The position numbers and the translations under genes are program-made. This document shows, in pieces, positions 11,516-24,955 of a stretch of 47,559 nt of DNA. Below the pieces are notes generated by a model. That model saw only the letters and a list, made by a program, of their open reading frames with translations. It did not search any database and was not told the origin of the DNA. This DNA comes from Folioceros fuciformis (Eukaryota), in the NCBI GenBank assembly GCA_049999805.1, contig JBNGIO010006373.1, positions 474,770 through 522,328 of the forward strand, written 5' to 3'. Every line of letters begins with the position of its first letter. Positions within the stretch are counted from its first letter, which is position 1.

Positions 11516-14500
11516 TTACGCTTTCCCTTCGTGTACGGATCCGTCGTTCCTCAGAAGCCCCTGTGTGATTTGGACGGCTTCGGCCACTGTCAGGAAGAAC
11601 CATTCCCGTCCAAGATGCTCGACAAAGTTCCCTGCATAAAACTTCTCTAGCACTGCTGCTCCTGGGTTTGATAGAGCCAGCTGCGCAGGACAACCAGATT
11701 GATGTACGTTCAATCTCACAGCGAGTTTCGGACATCATACAGGGCCTTTAACTGTACACGAAGATGATACTTAAGCCGAAAGTTTGTCACGAGTGTGTAC
11801 CTGAATTCCTCGTTTCTTGAGAGCTCCGTCTAACTCCTCAAAGGCATGAATGCCTGTCGTATCAATGCTCATCACAGCTGCACGTCCAACAAACCACACG
11901 GACGTCATACAGGGCCTTTACCTTTACAGGAAGATGACTCTTAAGCTTCTGAGCTCTCCCATGGGAGCTCCACGAGCCCTTGGACAAACTCAAGTTCAAA
12001 GACGCAAAGGTGGAACCTGCTTTGGGTACTTATGGTTTCTTACGGGAGAGATCAACTATCACAAACTGGATTTTCACGCCTCCACTCTTTGCAACCTCGT
12101 CTTGGGCATCAGTTACCCATCTCAAGATCCTGCAAATCCGTAACCACGTCAAGAAAAATACCAACATTATATTGCTGCCCACATTCGTTAATAGGTTCTA
12201 CTAGAAAAGCTTTCTCAGAGGTTACTAGAAAAGGCTTGCCTCTCTCGAATGTAATTTGAATTGGAGAAGTAGACTGCGGCATCTATGCGAAGCGCAACAA
12301 TGCCAGGACTCGTACGTGCTTCAGGGTATTGATGAACACTACGGTATACTGTAGTGCCTGGGAGATTTCCCAAAAGTGCAGTGTGTGGCCTCGTCACATG
12401 GAGCAGAAGTTTGGCGAAAGAGATGATGACCTGCAATCACAGTACAAAGGCTCAGTCCGGAAAAATGCACAAGCAAACATACACTCGTGGTGCACATGCA
12501 CACAGCACCAGCGAAAGTGGGAAGAAAAGTGAACTTACAGCAACAAGAAGACCAATCTCAACCGACACGAAGAACACTCCAAAGAAAGCACCCAAGAGAG
12601 TGACGAAGTCAATCTTGTCTGTTTTGAAGATGAGAATTGCTGCCTCAATGTCTATAAGACTGAGGACAGCGGTAATAATAACGGCAGAAAGTGCCACTGA
12701 CGGCGTGTACTTGAACAGAGGTGTCAACACAAGAAGGGTAAACAACACAACCAACGACATCACAATGTTTGAGAGGGCAGTGTGCACTCCGGCTCTGTAA
12801 TTGACCGCAGAGCGAGAAAATGAACCTGCAGTCGACACCAGGGATTACAACTCCTCATCCTCATCCTTGATATGGTAGTAGCGTCATAATGTGTGTGGAA
12901 GCAGAGAGATGAAAATTCGTGGATGTTACCTGTCGCCACGTAGCAAGAGGTCAAAGATCCTGCGATGTTCATCAGCCCATATGCCACAAACTCCTTGTTT
13001 CCATCAATGTGGTAATCCTTCAGCGCTGCAAAAGTTCTTCCGATGGCAATACCTTCCTGTGCAGGGGGATCGAAAACTGTTCAGGCTTCCGAAAGTTGAT
13101 CTTGACCAAGGCACGTGCAGCCACCATTGCTTGTGAAATTAAAACTTGAAACATGAATGCCAGAGAGCTTGTAAAGGTAGCTTACCGTAATTGCAACCAA
13201 GCCAGCGACCAACCCAATCTTGGCACCTTCCCTGAGAATTCTGCCACTAAATTGGAGCTCGTGAATTGAGGAAGGATTGACTCCTTTCGCAAAATGGCCC
13301 ACCTGTGCAACAAATTACATGGTCTTATTATAAGTGAAGTATGTACCGGGCCTGGTGTGCCATCGTGGGCATAGTCAGTATGTGAAGTATGTACTACAGC
13401 TGCATAAACCTAGAAGCAGAAACTTACGATGGCCACATGATGCTTGTCCAGCCTGGTAAGGTACACAAATAAGGTTGACAAGATGACAACCAGCAGAGGG
13501 CCAGTTGCGGAAACGAAGAAGAGTTTCTTGTTCTTCTTTGACTGCATGAAATGCAAAACAAGGGGTAGTCAGCAAAGTGGTCCTGGTAGTAAATGTTTTG
13601 CAAGCACAAGCCCCTGGGCCACAAGATCCAAATCATGGTCACTTACGATGTACCGAGCTAAAAGCAGATAACCGATGAGCACAATTCCAAGAAGAATAGT
13701 CCGCCAGCTGTCTCTCACCTGAGTCATGATCAAGACCCATTACAGTATGCTCAAGTGACACACGAGCAAGAGAATAGTTGAAATTGAAACACGTTTCACC
13801 ATGAGGGTTGATGTACACACCTGGTCATGGTGGTCAACAATAGAACGGATCACTGAGACAACATCTGTCTTAGTTGTGAAGCCCTTCTGGATACCAAAGA
13901 GACCTTTGAGTTGCTGCAGAGCAATGGTGAGAGCGGCACCAGCCATAAAACCCACAATGGAAGGATGGGACAGGAAGTCGATGATGAATCCGAGTCTGCA
14001 ACGAGTTTGAGAAAAACCGGGCCCATTCAGTGGCTGGTCTGACATGGAAACCGGACAATCATATCGGTTTTCGGACAAAGAATGTACCTGGCAATACCCA
14101 GAGCCGCCTGTATAACACCGGCAAAGAAAGTGGCGGTGAGTGCCAGTTGATAGTAGGCGTGAGACTTGGTGTTCGGAATGGAGTCCTTAAGCAGCGTTCC
14201 AAGCAGAAGAGACACCACGGCCACAGGTCCGATGGCAACATCCCTTGAGCTTCCGAGAGCCGCGTAGACCAAGGGAGGCACGAAACTGCTGTCTGTAGGT
14301 CCACATCCCACAAACGTTTGGACCGGTGAGAAGCGAAAGAATTGTGACGTGTGCCAAACCAAATTCACAACAAGAGTGAAGAAGAACATGGGCTGCGAGT
14401 GGTCCAAGCTGGAGACGAACTTACAGAGTCCATTCACGACAGGCAGATTGGCCAGCTTGGCGTAGCCGAGATCCTGATTTGCAAACGGCACGAGGGTAAG

Positions 14501-14929
14501 TAGCAAGCATGGACTCCCATTGCAAGATCCCCCGCACTGACACTGACACTGACAGACGCAATTCCGATAAGAGACATATCTCGAACAGAGCCACAATTCA
14601 CACACCTGAGGCACAGCAAGACTGGCGATTGTCAAGCCTGCGATGATATCCCCCTTCAACATGCTCCTGAAATTGTAATTGCGTCCCCATTCGAGAATAG
14701 GGAAGAAAAACTCGAGCAGCAGCACGAGCTTGTTCCTGTTCTTCTGCGTCTTGAAAGGGCGGAAGGGATCATCCGAAAAGAAGGTCTCAGTCACCCCAAT
14801 CCTGATCTCCTTGAGCAGCCCCTGCTTAGGCGGAATAGCCACTTTATGCACAAATGGAACAGTTTCCCCTGGCCCGAGGACGGCGGGCCCCGGCCCATCC
14901 TCCCCAGGAAGTTCGGCAGCTCCTGCCAT
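11516..14929 (-). CDS. SULTR: Sulfate transporter (SULTR/SLC26 with STAS domain), copy B, tandem paralog, multi-exon
   Basis: Same motif series and matching intron positions as copy A ([69 protein letters not shown]...GKA*). Confidence 0.95.
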
Positions 14930-15468
14930 GTCTTAAACCCCGCCCCGTTCGCACGTACAAAATGATCTGCAACTGCATAAAATGCAAAACCGTGTCATCA
15001 ACTCGCCATCACGTGCTTCCTCGAACCCCGCAGTACTACTAACACCAAAACAATCACACAACTTCCAAAACCCGGATACCATGTCCCGAGAAAATCAGCT
15101 TCGCAATTAGTTAAAACCGGTACCCCCCTCTGCCCGCCGCCATCATCTACTCCAACAAGAAGCCAAGAAGCAAATCTCACGATCGGGCTCCCCGGGGACA
15201 ATCCAGGAAATTTCTTGCAGAGCACTGGGATTCCCGCATTCCGTGCCCCGGACGTGGAGGGAAACCAACCCGAGGCCTGTGCATTACGGTAATCACACAC
15301 ATACATGCAATGCCATGCGATGCGATGCAATGCAAGGCAATGCCATGGCGCCTACAACGCATGCAGACACGGGGAGATCTTAACTCCAAAGCACCCCATT
15401 ATCCAAAAGAAAGCCGGCTTGGCAGTGACGAAAGCAGGCAGGCCGGAGCAGGAAACAATAAATAAACC

Positions 15469-15510
15469 CAGCAGCAGCAGCAGCAGCAGCAGCGGCAGCA
15501 GCGGCAGCAG
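15469..15510. repeat. (CAG/CGG)n microsatellite upstream of the SULTR copy B coding start
   Basis: The run cagcagcagcag...cggcagcagcggcagcag is read directly. Confidence 0.85.
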
Positions 15511-18105
15511 GAAGGGAGGGGCAAGGCAGGGCCAGCCTGACGACCCTCTACTCCGTCCCTCCGCAGGTGCGCACCTCACACCACCCCACTCCAGCAGGCC
15601 AATGGCAATGGCGAATTCCAAGGGAATTGATTTGCCAATCGCGTCTCAGTCGTCCCCTCCGCAGACGAACGGGGGAGAAGCGTTAGACGTGGCACGGCGT
15701 CGGCGCCGACCCCGGTCCCGACCTCCACCGTCGGCCTCGGCAAGGGAATCCGCGATGACGCAAGCTCTGCTGCGTCGACGTGCGAGCGCAGCAGCTCCTG
15801 CGATGTGGGAAAGAGAGAGTGACGAGCGGCGGACGCTGGAATCCCGAGTCCGGGCCCCGGCCCTCCAAGGGGGAAGGGAAAAGCGTTTGTCAAGTCAACT
15901 CCTGAGCGGCCCCCTTGTGTACTTTACATACTTGGAGGAAGGCAGGCAGCCGAGCCGGCGCATAAGTACGTCAGAGAAACACGACCGGATGCAGACCCCG
16001 TTGACACTGTACCTGCCAGCTCTCTTGTCCACCTTCCAGCTTCCAGCCTCCAGTCTCCCGCCTTTGTGTGCGCCCGCGTCCCTGTCTGCCTTCTCCCTAA
16101 ATTAACTGCTCTTACCACGCCACAAAAACAAGAACTTTGGCAAGGAATCCATGACATACATAACTCACTTATATACTGTACATCCGCCTACAGTCCACCC
16201 TCTCCCTAATTAGAAGCTTATACAATGGATTCTGCTCTAAATGACATCTTCCATTCTACTCCTTGCCATGGAGTTTCCAAAGACTTTTGGTACTAGTTTT
16301 ACTTTTTCCTAAAACAAATTCTCAATTCAAAAACAGTATAAAATTCTCAATTTTTTTATTTATGTATGATAAATTGTAATATTTGTCATAGAAGATATGG
16401 AGTAGGAAGTACACACTAGAGTATACAGGTAGCTAGCTCCGGCGCAGGGCGGGCGCGCGTGGATTGCGGCGGGGATCAGTTGGGGGCAGCTAGAGCTGTC
16501 ACCGGATGGTGACCTGGATATAATTAGGCAGGGAGAGGCTATATTTGCGCGCAGTGGGAACGCGAGTGAGACCGGATGCAATGTATTTGCAAAGGGCGGG
16601 GCCATGTGCAGGCGCAAATCCGGCGAGTCCACTTGCCGACCAGTTGGCGATTGACACAGCAAGAGGTAGGCGCACACATGGACGCTTTGCAATCACAGCA
16701 CACCGACTTTTGCTTGCCGATTGTTTCATTGTACCTGGCGTGGATTGTACATGCGTTGCAGCTTGTCGCGCTGGTCTTCGCCTGCTTTCCGCCAGCAGTT
16801 GAGGTGGTCGCAGTGTGGAATTGGCCAAGGGATTCGCGAATTGTGGCATGCCGTGACCTGGAACTGGATCATGGATTCAGGATCGGGGATTCCAGAATCG
16901 GGTGTGGTGGGGATAGATGCACAGCTAGTTTGGTAGATAGGGCTTGTGGGATTTGGGGATGTTGCTACGCAGTTGTATCGATAACCTGCTTACATTCTGC
17001 GATCAGGAGAAAGACCAGTACGGAACGTCCACAAGGTGGTAGGGCCCGGGGTTTGGAAGAGGGGCAGGGCCCGCAGGCTCTGCAGGAGCGTTGCGTGCCG
17101 GCTAGGCCAGGAGAAAGCCTCTTTTGGCCAGTCCCGTGCCCTGTGGCCGACGAGGGCAAGCTACACACAGAATCTTTCCATTTACAAGGCAATTTGGAAT
17201 GTGCAGTTGGAGGCAGAGGAGGGTAGGGTAGGGTTGCGTAGGGACCAGCTTTCTTGGATGTGGCAGGAATCGCTGTGGCTGGCCATGACGGAGTCTATCC
17301 GCTTCACTTGTTCCACAGGCATTGAATGATGCTTGCGCGTTGGAAGCCACAGTCCAAGCCAAGGGATAATCGACAGGGAATCTCAGTGAGCCAATCTCTC
17401 GTAAGGAACCCCACGACTTCCAGTTGGCCTCTGGCCTCTCCCCGTTGCGAATCCTCTCTCCCAGGCCCCCCGGCTGCCTTGATGCGTGCATGACGGTGAT
17501 TATGGGTTTGCATGTGCACGTGTACCCGATCGCACCTCGTGAAGTAGGTACGATGTGTCTGGACGATGTGAACTTCCAAGCCTTCAGTCTACGTACATAT
17601 GTTTTGCGTTTTGCGGGCTCCTCTTGTCTTGACCTGTGGTGGAGACTTTGACGTACGTGACCAGCTCTGGAAATGGGGCACACAATAGGTGTGGCTAGAG
17701 GTCGGCAGGCGCAAGGACTTCAGTCTGTGCATGTACATCGTCACCTAACAGGAGCTCGGAGCTAGAAATGTCGAATCTTCCTCCAAATGATTGATCCAAG
17801 GCTGGCATTGCTAAGGTTCGACGTGCCCCCACTCATCTGACAGACAGACTCCCTACGTAACAACCAACTGCCAACATCACATTCCATCTATCTGCAAAGC
17901 AAGTCACAACACGGAACGGCTGCGACCAACATGCTCCTCACTGCTTGATACAATAACAAATAGTCAGTAGCAGTTTCGTTACAGCCACGACCAAGGGAAG
18001 ATTCTACACAGGTACCACCATTCTAACGCTCCTCTCTTCTCTGATGACTGAAGCATGCAGGATTCTTCTGTAGCGGATCGCCGGCGTACGACGGGATACG
18101 ATGCT

Positions 18106-20339
18106 TCAGCTTGACGTAGCTGCAGGGTTCTCTAGAAAATCGGGCCTTGCAGACATGATCACCACCAAATACTCGGGGTTTCTTTGCAGGAACTGTCGGA
18201 ATTCATCCCACTCGATCAAACCATTATGGTCCATATCCAAGCTCTCGAACAGGTTGCTTATCTGCGAACATCAGGTCAAAACCCACCTCACACAATCATT
18301 CACCCTTCCTTCCGACCGTCAACCATGTTTGTGGAGCTAGCCACCTAGCTACACAAAAAGCAAGTTATGCTCCCTCTTCGACAAGCAAACATTTCATCAC
18401 CGCAGGATAGGCTCCAGGTCAGGTCGTGTGGACGGACTGGCAGCAGTGGACGACCGTACCTTCGTATCTGGGAAATCTGGGAAGACACTCCTGATACTTC
18501 TCTCCACCTCTGCTCTTGTAAGCTGCCCGTTCCCGTCCACATCGCAAGCATGAAATGCTGCCTTTATGGCTTGGGCGAAACAAGTGTGCTTTGAAATGAA
18601 AGCAAGTCCTGCGACAAACTGCATTTCATATGTGCGATCAACACACGACCCACTACCTCCAAGGCTCCCTTGCCGGTTCTCAAATAAAACGCAAGCTTAC
18701 CTCCCGGAAATTGATGTAACCCTTTTCAGACTTGTCAAACAGGTGGAACGCTCGTAAGGTGAAGGGTGTCAAAGGCAGATCCAGAGCTCCAAGGAACTCC
18801 TCAACAGTGAGCAACCCACTGACGACCAAAAACACACATGATGGTCAAGTGCCATCCTCCTCCTGACACGAGCAGAGAGGGAAACAAAAGAACAAACAAA
18901 AAGGCTGCCTATCGTAAACCACCAGGATATCTATGCTTGGTACCTGTGGGTAACATCCATGGCGCTGAATTTCTCCAGGTACAGCTTGGCGGACTCTAAA
19001 TCTAGATGAAAAAGTTTCTCCATCCGCCCAAATTCAACCAAAGAACGCCCTGCTGGAATGTTCAACTTAGCAGCAGCCATGGCCAACTTCACATCTGAAA
19101 ACGTGTGGTCTGTACAAGAAACATTGAGTGATTTGGCCACGTTTCCCCGGACCCTTTCAGCAAATTCATGAGGATCCTTCATTTCCTTCACTGTTGGTTC
19201 AACGACTGCAAGATACTCCACCTGAACATTTCTATGAGAACTCCCTTTTCCTGACACATGTTAGACACCCTTGCACAGAAGACTGAAAACTCTGTCGACA
19301 CAGCAGCCCAACCATGACCTGGAGGAAAAAGCAATCAGAAGAAGGAAGGAAGAAGGAAGGGAGGACAGACGGCGCAAGCAAGGATGTCAACACTGCAGTC
19401 AGAAAGCCTTGCACCAACTCTGTCTTACCTCCATGTAGTTGACCACTTGGGTCATAAGACGAAAAACGAGATAGAGCACATTGTGATCCGCCCACGCAGG
19501 GTTGATGTTCTTATGAGGGTATTTTATGGCCATGGGCTGCACAGGCAACCCCGTTGCAAATGCCCCCGTCTTAAAGTTGACAACAGCTCTTCCATTTGTG
19601 GTCGTCCCTTCAGGAAACAGCATTACATGGGGCCACGCATTGTCCCTTGCTCGTTTCTTGATCTGCACAGCTGCATCTCGCCTCGACGTTGGAGACACTC
19701 GGTCCACAGGTATTATCTGCATTTGCACGGCCTGGAGTAAGTGAAGCAGGCCCATCCCTGCTTTGGAACAACGTCCGAGCAGCGCAATCGACCAGCAACT
19801 CTGGCAGACCGCACCTGAAGGGCGTGCAGGAACGCTCCCACCACTGGCATCTCCAAATTCTCCTTCGCGCTCACGATCACAGGCAAGTGCCTGTAAAAGA
19901 CGAACACTGGATCCACGAAAGATATGTGGTTGGACACGATTATTGGTGCCTGCTCCCGTTTCGCAGGCTTGCCCTTCACCTGGATCCACACGAACCCGAA
20001 GCAGAACAAGCATCCCCGGGCACATACCCTAATGGGCAGAAGCAAGGCTCTTCTCCAGGTAGGAAATGGCTTGAACAGCGGATCCTTCACTCCGACCAGC
20101 GCCAACTTCACCGAGATGTATGAGACGATCATGAGAACCACCAGAAGGATGACGCGGAGTACGAATATTGGCAGCATGAGAACTGTCTTGATGATCTCCG
20201 GCACACTATCGTTGAAGGTGGTGGTGAATGGATTGATCTTCGCCGCCGGTCCAATCGAAGGCCGAGTTAGAGGAAACTGCGAACTCTGCTCCGTCCTCGA
20301 AGCCATGTCCTCCCTTACAGTGTCATCGGACGCAGCCAT
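18106..20339 (-). CDS. LPEAT2: Lysophospholipid acyltransferase LPEAT2-like (PlsC domain plus C-terminal EF-hands), multi-exon
   Basis: Acyltransferase motifs IVSNHISFVD, LFPEGTTTNG and FKTGAF. EF-hand loops DVDGNGQLTRAE and DMDHNGLIEWDE. Stop TGA at 18106-18108. Confidence 0.9.
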
Positions 20340-20660
20340 AGTAGCACCTCGATTTGGACAGACGCAGATTTCAAATTCACCTGAACCTGCAGCTTCACTA
20401 CAGCATCACAAGGTTTTCGAAGCCCTTCCCGCCCAGTGGACCCAACACCTGTCCACCGCCAAAGCTCTCCACTTGTCGAGCCAGATGCAATCCTGGCAAT
20501 GCAATTGGACAGCAAGTAGCGTTGCGATGCTTGCACAATTGCCGGCAGATCTTTACCGTTGATTGTGGTAAGGTAGTCTAAAAATTCACTATACACATAA
20601 TACACTGCAAAGTGCGGGTAAGATGGGGATGGGAGACGTTCTTTGATGCGTCATTCTAGG

Positions 20661-22201
20661 TCATGCTGCTCTCGGAGACAAGGATACCTTGTCTCTCAGC
20701 CGGCTCCTCCTTGCCTTCCTGCGACTTGCGCCAGGGTTTTTGCCAAAGCCCGGCTTCAGCTGCCTGCGAAAAATTGGGGAATTCTCCAGCTCCCGGTCCA
20801 CATGATGCAGCAATTCTGCATCAGCTGCTTCCTCCAGCCGGGCACCTTCCCGAAGTCTCTTTCCTTCTGCTTGGAGGTCTTGAAGAAGGGTCTGCAAGGA
20901 CTTCCTTGTTATTTCCCGAACATACCACGAAATGGGTGGCGGGGGAATGAGTGTAGGTTGCAATTCCTGCTGCAATTTGATCCGTGATGCAACTCTTCCT
21001 GGTTTCGTTTCCGGTGTAGGGGTCGACTCGTGAACGTCCACGTAGATAGGCTCAATCTGCCACGAGCCCTGGAACTTTGTCATGAAGCCTTGCTTTGCAA
21101 GCCAGAACTTCACCTGCAGCGTGGTGGATCCAGATCAGTGACGTAGTGGTGTGATCGTGCAGCAAAGGCATGGAAAGGAAGCTTACAGTGTGTGATCCTC
21201 TATCCTGGTCCACGAATACTCTCACGTTCAGAGTCCCAGAGAACCAGAGAAATCTCCAGATTGCAGACTGCTCAATCTCGACAAGCTGCCTTTCACCATC
21301 GTCCTCCACAACCTCTCTGAAAGTCACTCCCTGTCAGAGGCAATCCGATCGGTTGTCACCTTTCCATCTTTCCAAGCTAAAGCTGCGGAAGGTAAATACT
21401 GAACCGATGGCACTTGCACCTTCACGTCCCTGAAAACCCGTTTGTTCTCCGGGTCAATCAGGATGTCGAAGACGGCATCAGGTGGTATGCCAGCACTGAA
21501 TTCCGAGCGTAGTAAACACAGGGAGCCCTTTGGCACAGTAACCTTCATTCGGAACCACACTCATTCAGAATGCAAGAGGACCAGACGAGCTGGAGATTTG
21601 TCTTGCAGTACAGAGCCAAGCAGAGAAGGTAGAAACCTCCAAGTTCGGTGGAAGATCGGTCCACGAGCTATTCTTCCGCCAAGCAGCAAGCTCCTCGTCG
21701 AGAGTAGCTTTCACTGGTTTGGGCGAACCATCCACGCCTGCCCTCAATTCCTGGACATGCCTTCCTTGATTCGCTACTCCCTGTTTCCTATCATTCAACC
21801 TGGTGATGGCTGCTGCGAAAGAACTTTGCACACCCTGCCAGCAGGATGGTACAACTGTATTAGAGCCCGTACTGGAGCTGCTGTAGGAATCAAAATGGAG
21901 ACGTCAATAGGGACTGTCTGTACTAGACATCATCTTGTGACTCTGGCAAATCCACGTCGAGAATGATAAACAACGTGCCAACAAGGTCAACCGACAAGGA
22001 TCGAGTAGCAGTCCTAGACAATGAGGCAGAATTGAATCCTATTCCCATAGAAGGTCGCAGAATTAAATCCTACAATGGCTGACGCTAGGCTGCACATTGG
22101 AACAGAGACACGAAAGGAGAACTTACCCTGAGAGCCCATTCCACCGCATTTTGAGCGCCCTTGATGAATTCCTCGGCCTTGAACCCCCTTCCTCCCGACA
22201 T
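20661..22201 (-). CDS. Polyketide cyclase/dehydrase and lipid transport (START/SRPBCC) superfamily protein, multi-exon; start codon uncertain
   Basis: Exon peptides [68 protein letters not shown] and [19 protein letters not shown] match this plant family from recall. Confidence 0.78.
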
Positions 22202-22786
22202 TCCGTCCTCCCAGCCGTTCCGCTCTAGGTTCTGCAGTAGGACGGAGGAGTGGGTGGTGCTCAGTGCCAAACCACAATCGGCTAACAATACAATTCACGA
22301 CACCTCATACCTACATCCATGGAGATTACCTTGCAGCCAGCACACCAACTTGCGAAGCGGAGGCAGCTGATGGCCAAGATTGTAAAAGCTATTCCAAGTC
22401 AGGTAGCAGAATGGGAGCCACAAGCCTTTCTAATGGCACGGTCCTGGCCAGCTTAGATCGTTGTCCACATGCAGTGAGGAGAGAGAGCAGCAAGGAAGAT
22501 GCCTCTTCGAATCCGATGCTGTTTAGCAACTCGAATTCTGTGACTGGTGGCAAAGCCAATCATGTTTCGTCCCAATCCATCTTAGTTAGGTGGAATTTGC
22601 TGGACTGCGATATGGACTCCAAGTAGAAGAGCCTACAACGAAGAAGGACGACAGCGAGGGAAGTGGAGCATGCGTTTCAGACTCATCCTGCAACGACTCG
22701 ATGTACATGAGGTCCATCCATGCGTCAAACCCGCGGTTAGGGTTGGCGGATCCAGTTCAGGCCCGGCTTCTTGAGAGCGCTGGACC

Positions 22787-23986
22787 ATGGCAACGCCGGC
22801 TCTTGGGAACAAGCTGGTGAACGTTGGAACGAAAATTGTTGCTGTGGGAAGGAATTACGCTGCACATGCAAAGGAGCTGGGCAATGCTGTGCCCAAGGTA
22901 CGTTCTCTGTGCTCGGAGCCTTCTTCTGTGCGGAAGCTGCCTATTATCAGACCGATCTGAAGGTGACGTGGGTTCCCGGGGTTGGATCGTTGCGCCAGGA
23001 ACCCATCATCTTCCTGAAGCCCACGTCTTCGTATGTGCGTGTCGGTGGAGCAATTGAGATCCCCCGCCATCTGCAGTCACTGGATCACGAGGTGGAGCTG
23101 GGGGTTGTGATTGGCAAGGGGGGCCGCGACATTGCAAGAGAGAATGCAATGGAGCATGTGGCAGGTAAGAGCTGAGGAAGGATGGGAATGGGAGTTGAGT
23201 TTGTCAGGAGTTGAAGTTCAATGTGTTATGTGACAGGCTACCTGCTTGCTCTGGACATGACAGCAAGGGAAATTCAGGCCGCTGCTAAGGTACTCCTGTA
23301 TCAGATGGAGCTTGGAATTCCCGTCTATAGAGTGGAGTTGGCCTCTCATCGTTGTTGGTACTGTAGGCTAAAGGGATGCCCTGGACGGTGGCCAAGGGAT
23401 ACGACACTTTCACTCCCATAAGCGACTTTGTGCGTCTTGAAAGCGTCATCAAAATGTGATAAGCTCATAGGTGGGAACTCGGCTAACGTATTCCCGCTGC
23501 GTTGTGGCAGATTTTGAAGAAGAATGTGCCAGCAGACGATGATCTTGAGCTGTGGTTGCAAGTGAGTTCCAGAGGCTCTCTGGAAGAAGCTTGTGTTTCC
23601 ACAATGGGTACATGTCTCAGCTTTTGTGGTTGGCTGGCTGTGTAGGTTGATGGAGTCACAAAGCAGAAAGGCAACACACATGACATGATGTTCAAAGTTC
23701 CCTTCCTTATAGAGTTCATCAGCTCCATCATGACCCTGAACGAGGGGGATCTTATCCTTACAGGTACTGCATCTCTGTGGTTTGTGGGCTCCCTACAACC
23801 TTTCGCTGCGAGCACTGCGATACTGCAGCAGCATGGGTGTTCTTGTAACCATGCCCCATGTAATTGTAATCAGGTACTCCTTCTGGTGTCGGACCAGTCA
23901 AGGCTGGCCAAAAAGTGAAGGCAGGGATCACAGGATTGGTGGAGATTGAATTTCCTGTGAAGACGCGACCAGTGCCTATCAGGTAG
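22787..23986 (+). CDS. FAHD1: Fumarylacetoacetate hydrolase domain protein (acylpyruvase/oxaloacetate decarboxylase FAHD1-like), multi-exon
   Basis: GTKIVAVGRNYAAHAKELGNAVPK|EPIIFLKPTSSY, DHEVELGVVIG, ALDMTAR, PWTVAKGYDTFTPIS, EGDLILTG|TPSGVGPV; stop TAG at 23984-23986. Confidence 0.93.
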
Positions 23987-24098
23987 AGGATGCGCCGAAC
24001 ATTTTTTGTTCTTTGTGGGCTCCGAGGCAAAGGTGCCGGGGCCGCAGCTGGAGACGAAACGTATCTGGACTAAACCTCTGCTTTGATAATCAATCTTG

Positions 24099-24343
24099 CT
24101 AAATTGATTCAGTGGCTGGGTACCAAATTGACACGGAACTGTGGAAGTCCTGAAATCCCACTTCCTCGTTGCCCTATACGTTTCTATAGCTGCTAACCTC
24201 TTTCTTTCTTGCGCGTGCGTCCACCTTCCGGTACAAGGCAGAGTGAGCTAGTAAGATACAAGGTTATTGAGAGAGGCAAGTCAGACACGTACATACTTCG
24301 AGTAATGAAAAGAAAACCGTTAGTGTGCACGCTCATCTTTGCC
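24099..24343 (-). pseudogene. Decayed duplicate of the last intron and exon of the CCDC137-like gene
   Basis: Aligns by eye to 25967-26211. The acceptor TTGCAG has become TTGTAC, the donor is altered, and there are small indels. Confidence 0.85.
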
Positions 24344-24398
24344 CCGTTTCCTCAATATTTCGAAGTTTTAATCAACTGACAACAGCCGTGCGGTAGGC

Positions 24399-24955
24399 CG
24401 GAGGAGGCGCAAATGGGTACAAGTCTCCGGGTCACCGGGAATGGCCAGAGGTCGCCGGGAATGGCCAGAGGATCACCGGGAATGGCCAGAGGAGGCGCAA
24501 ACGCAAACGGGTAAAAGTCACCGGGTCACCGGGAATGGCCAGAGGAGGCGCAAACGCAAACGGGTACAAGTCACCGGGTCACCGGGAATGGCCAAAGGAG
24601 GCGCAAACTGCCAGAGGAGGAGCAAACTAGTACAAGTCACTGTGAATGGCCAGAGGAAGCGCAAACGGGGAGGCGCAAACGAGTACAAGTCACCGGGAAC
24701 GGCCAGAGGAAGCGCAAACGGGTACAGTCACCGGGAACGGCCAGAGGAAGCGCAAACGGGTACAAGTCACCGGGGATGGCCAGAGGAAGCGCAAACGGGT
24801 ACAGTCACCGGGAACGGCCAGAGGCAGCGCAAACGGGTACAAGTCACCGGGGACGGCCAGAGGAGTACAAGTCACCGGGAACGGCTAGAGGAGGCGCAAA
24901 CGGGTACAAATCACCGGAAACGGCTAGAGGAGGCACAAACGGGTACAAGTCACCT
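24399..24955 (+). repeat. Modular GC-rich minisatellite, consensus ~39 bp GGGTACAAGTCACCGGGAACGGCCAGAGGAAGCGCAAAC, about 14 core copies with internal sub-duplications and deletions
   Basis: Recurring modules CACCGGGAA(T/C)GGCCAGAGG, GCGCAAAC and GGGTACAAGT read directly. Confidence 0.92.

Noticed and set aside
15305-16105. 266-aa plus-strand ORF
   Set aside because: Low-complexity, microsatellite-driven and GC-rich. It lies in the probable 5' leader/promoter of SULTR-B on the other strand.
16360-17700. Several 75-216 aa ORFs; possible transposon remnant
   Set aside because: I found no transposase, RT or integrase motifs and no terminal repeats by eye.
24399-24955. CRISPR-like array
   Set aside because: The units abut with no unique spacers, there are no cas genes, and the context is eukaryotic and intron-rich. 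It is a minisatellite.
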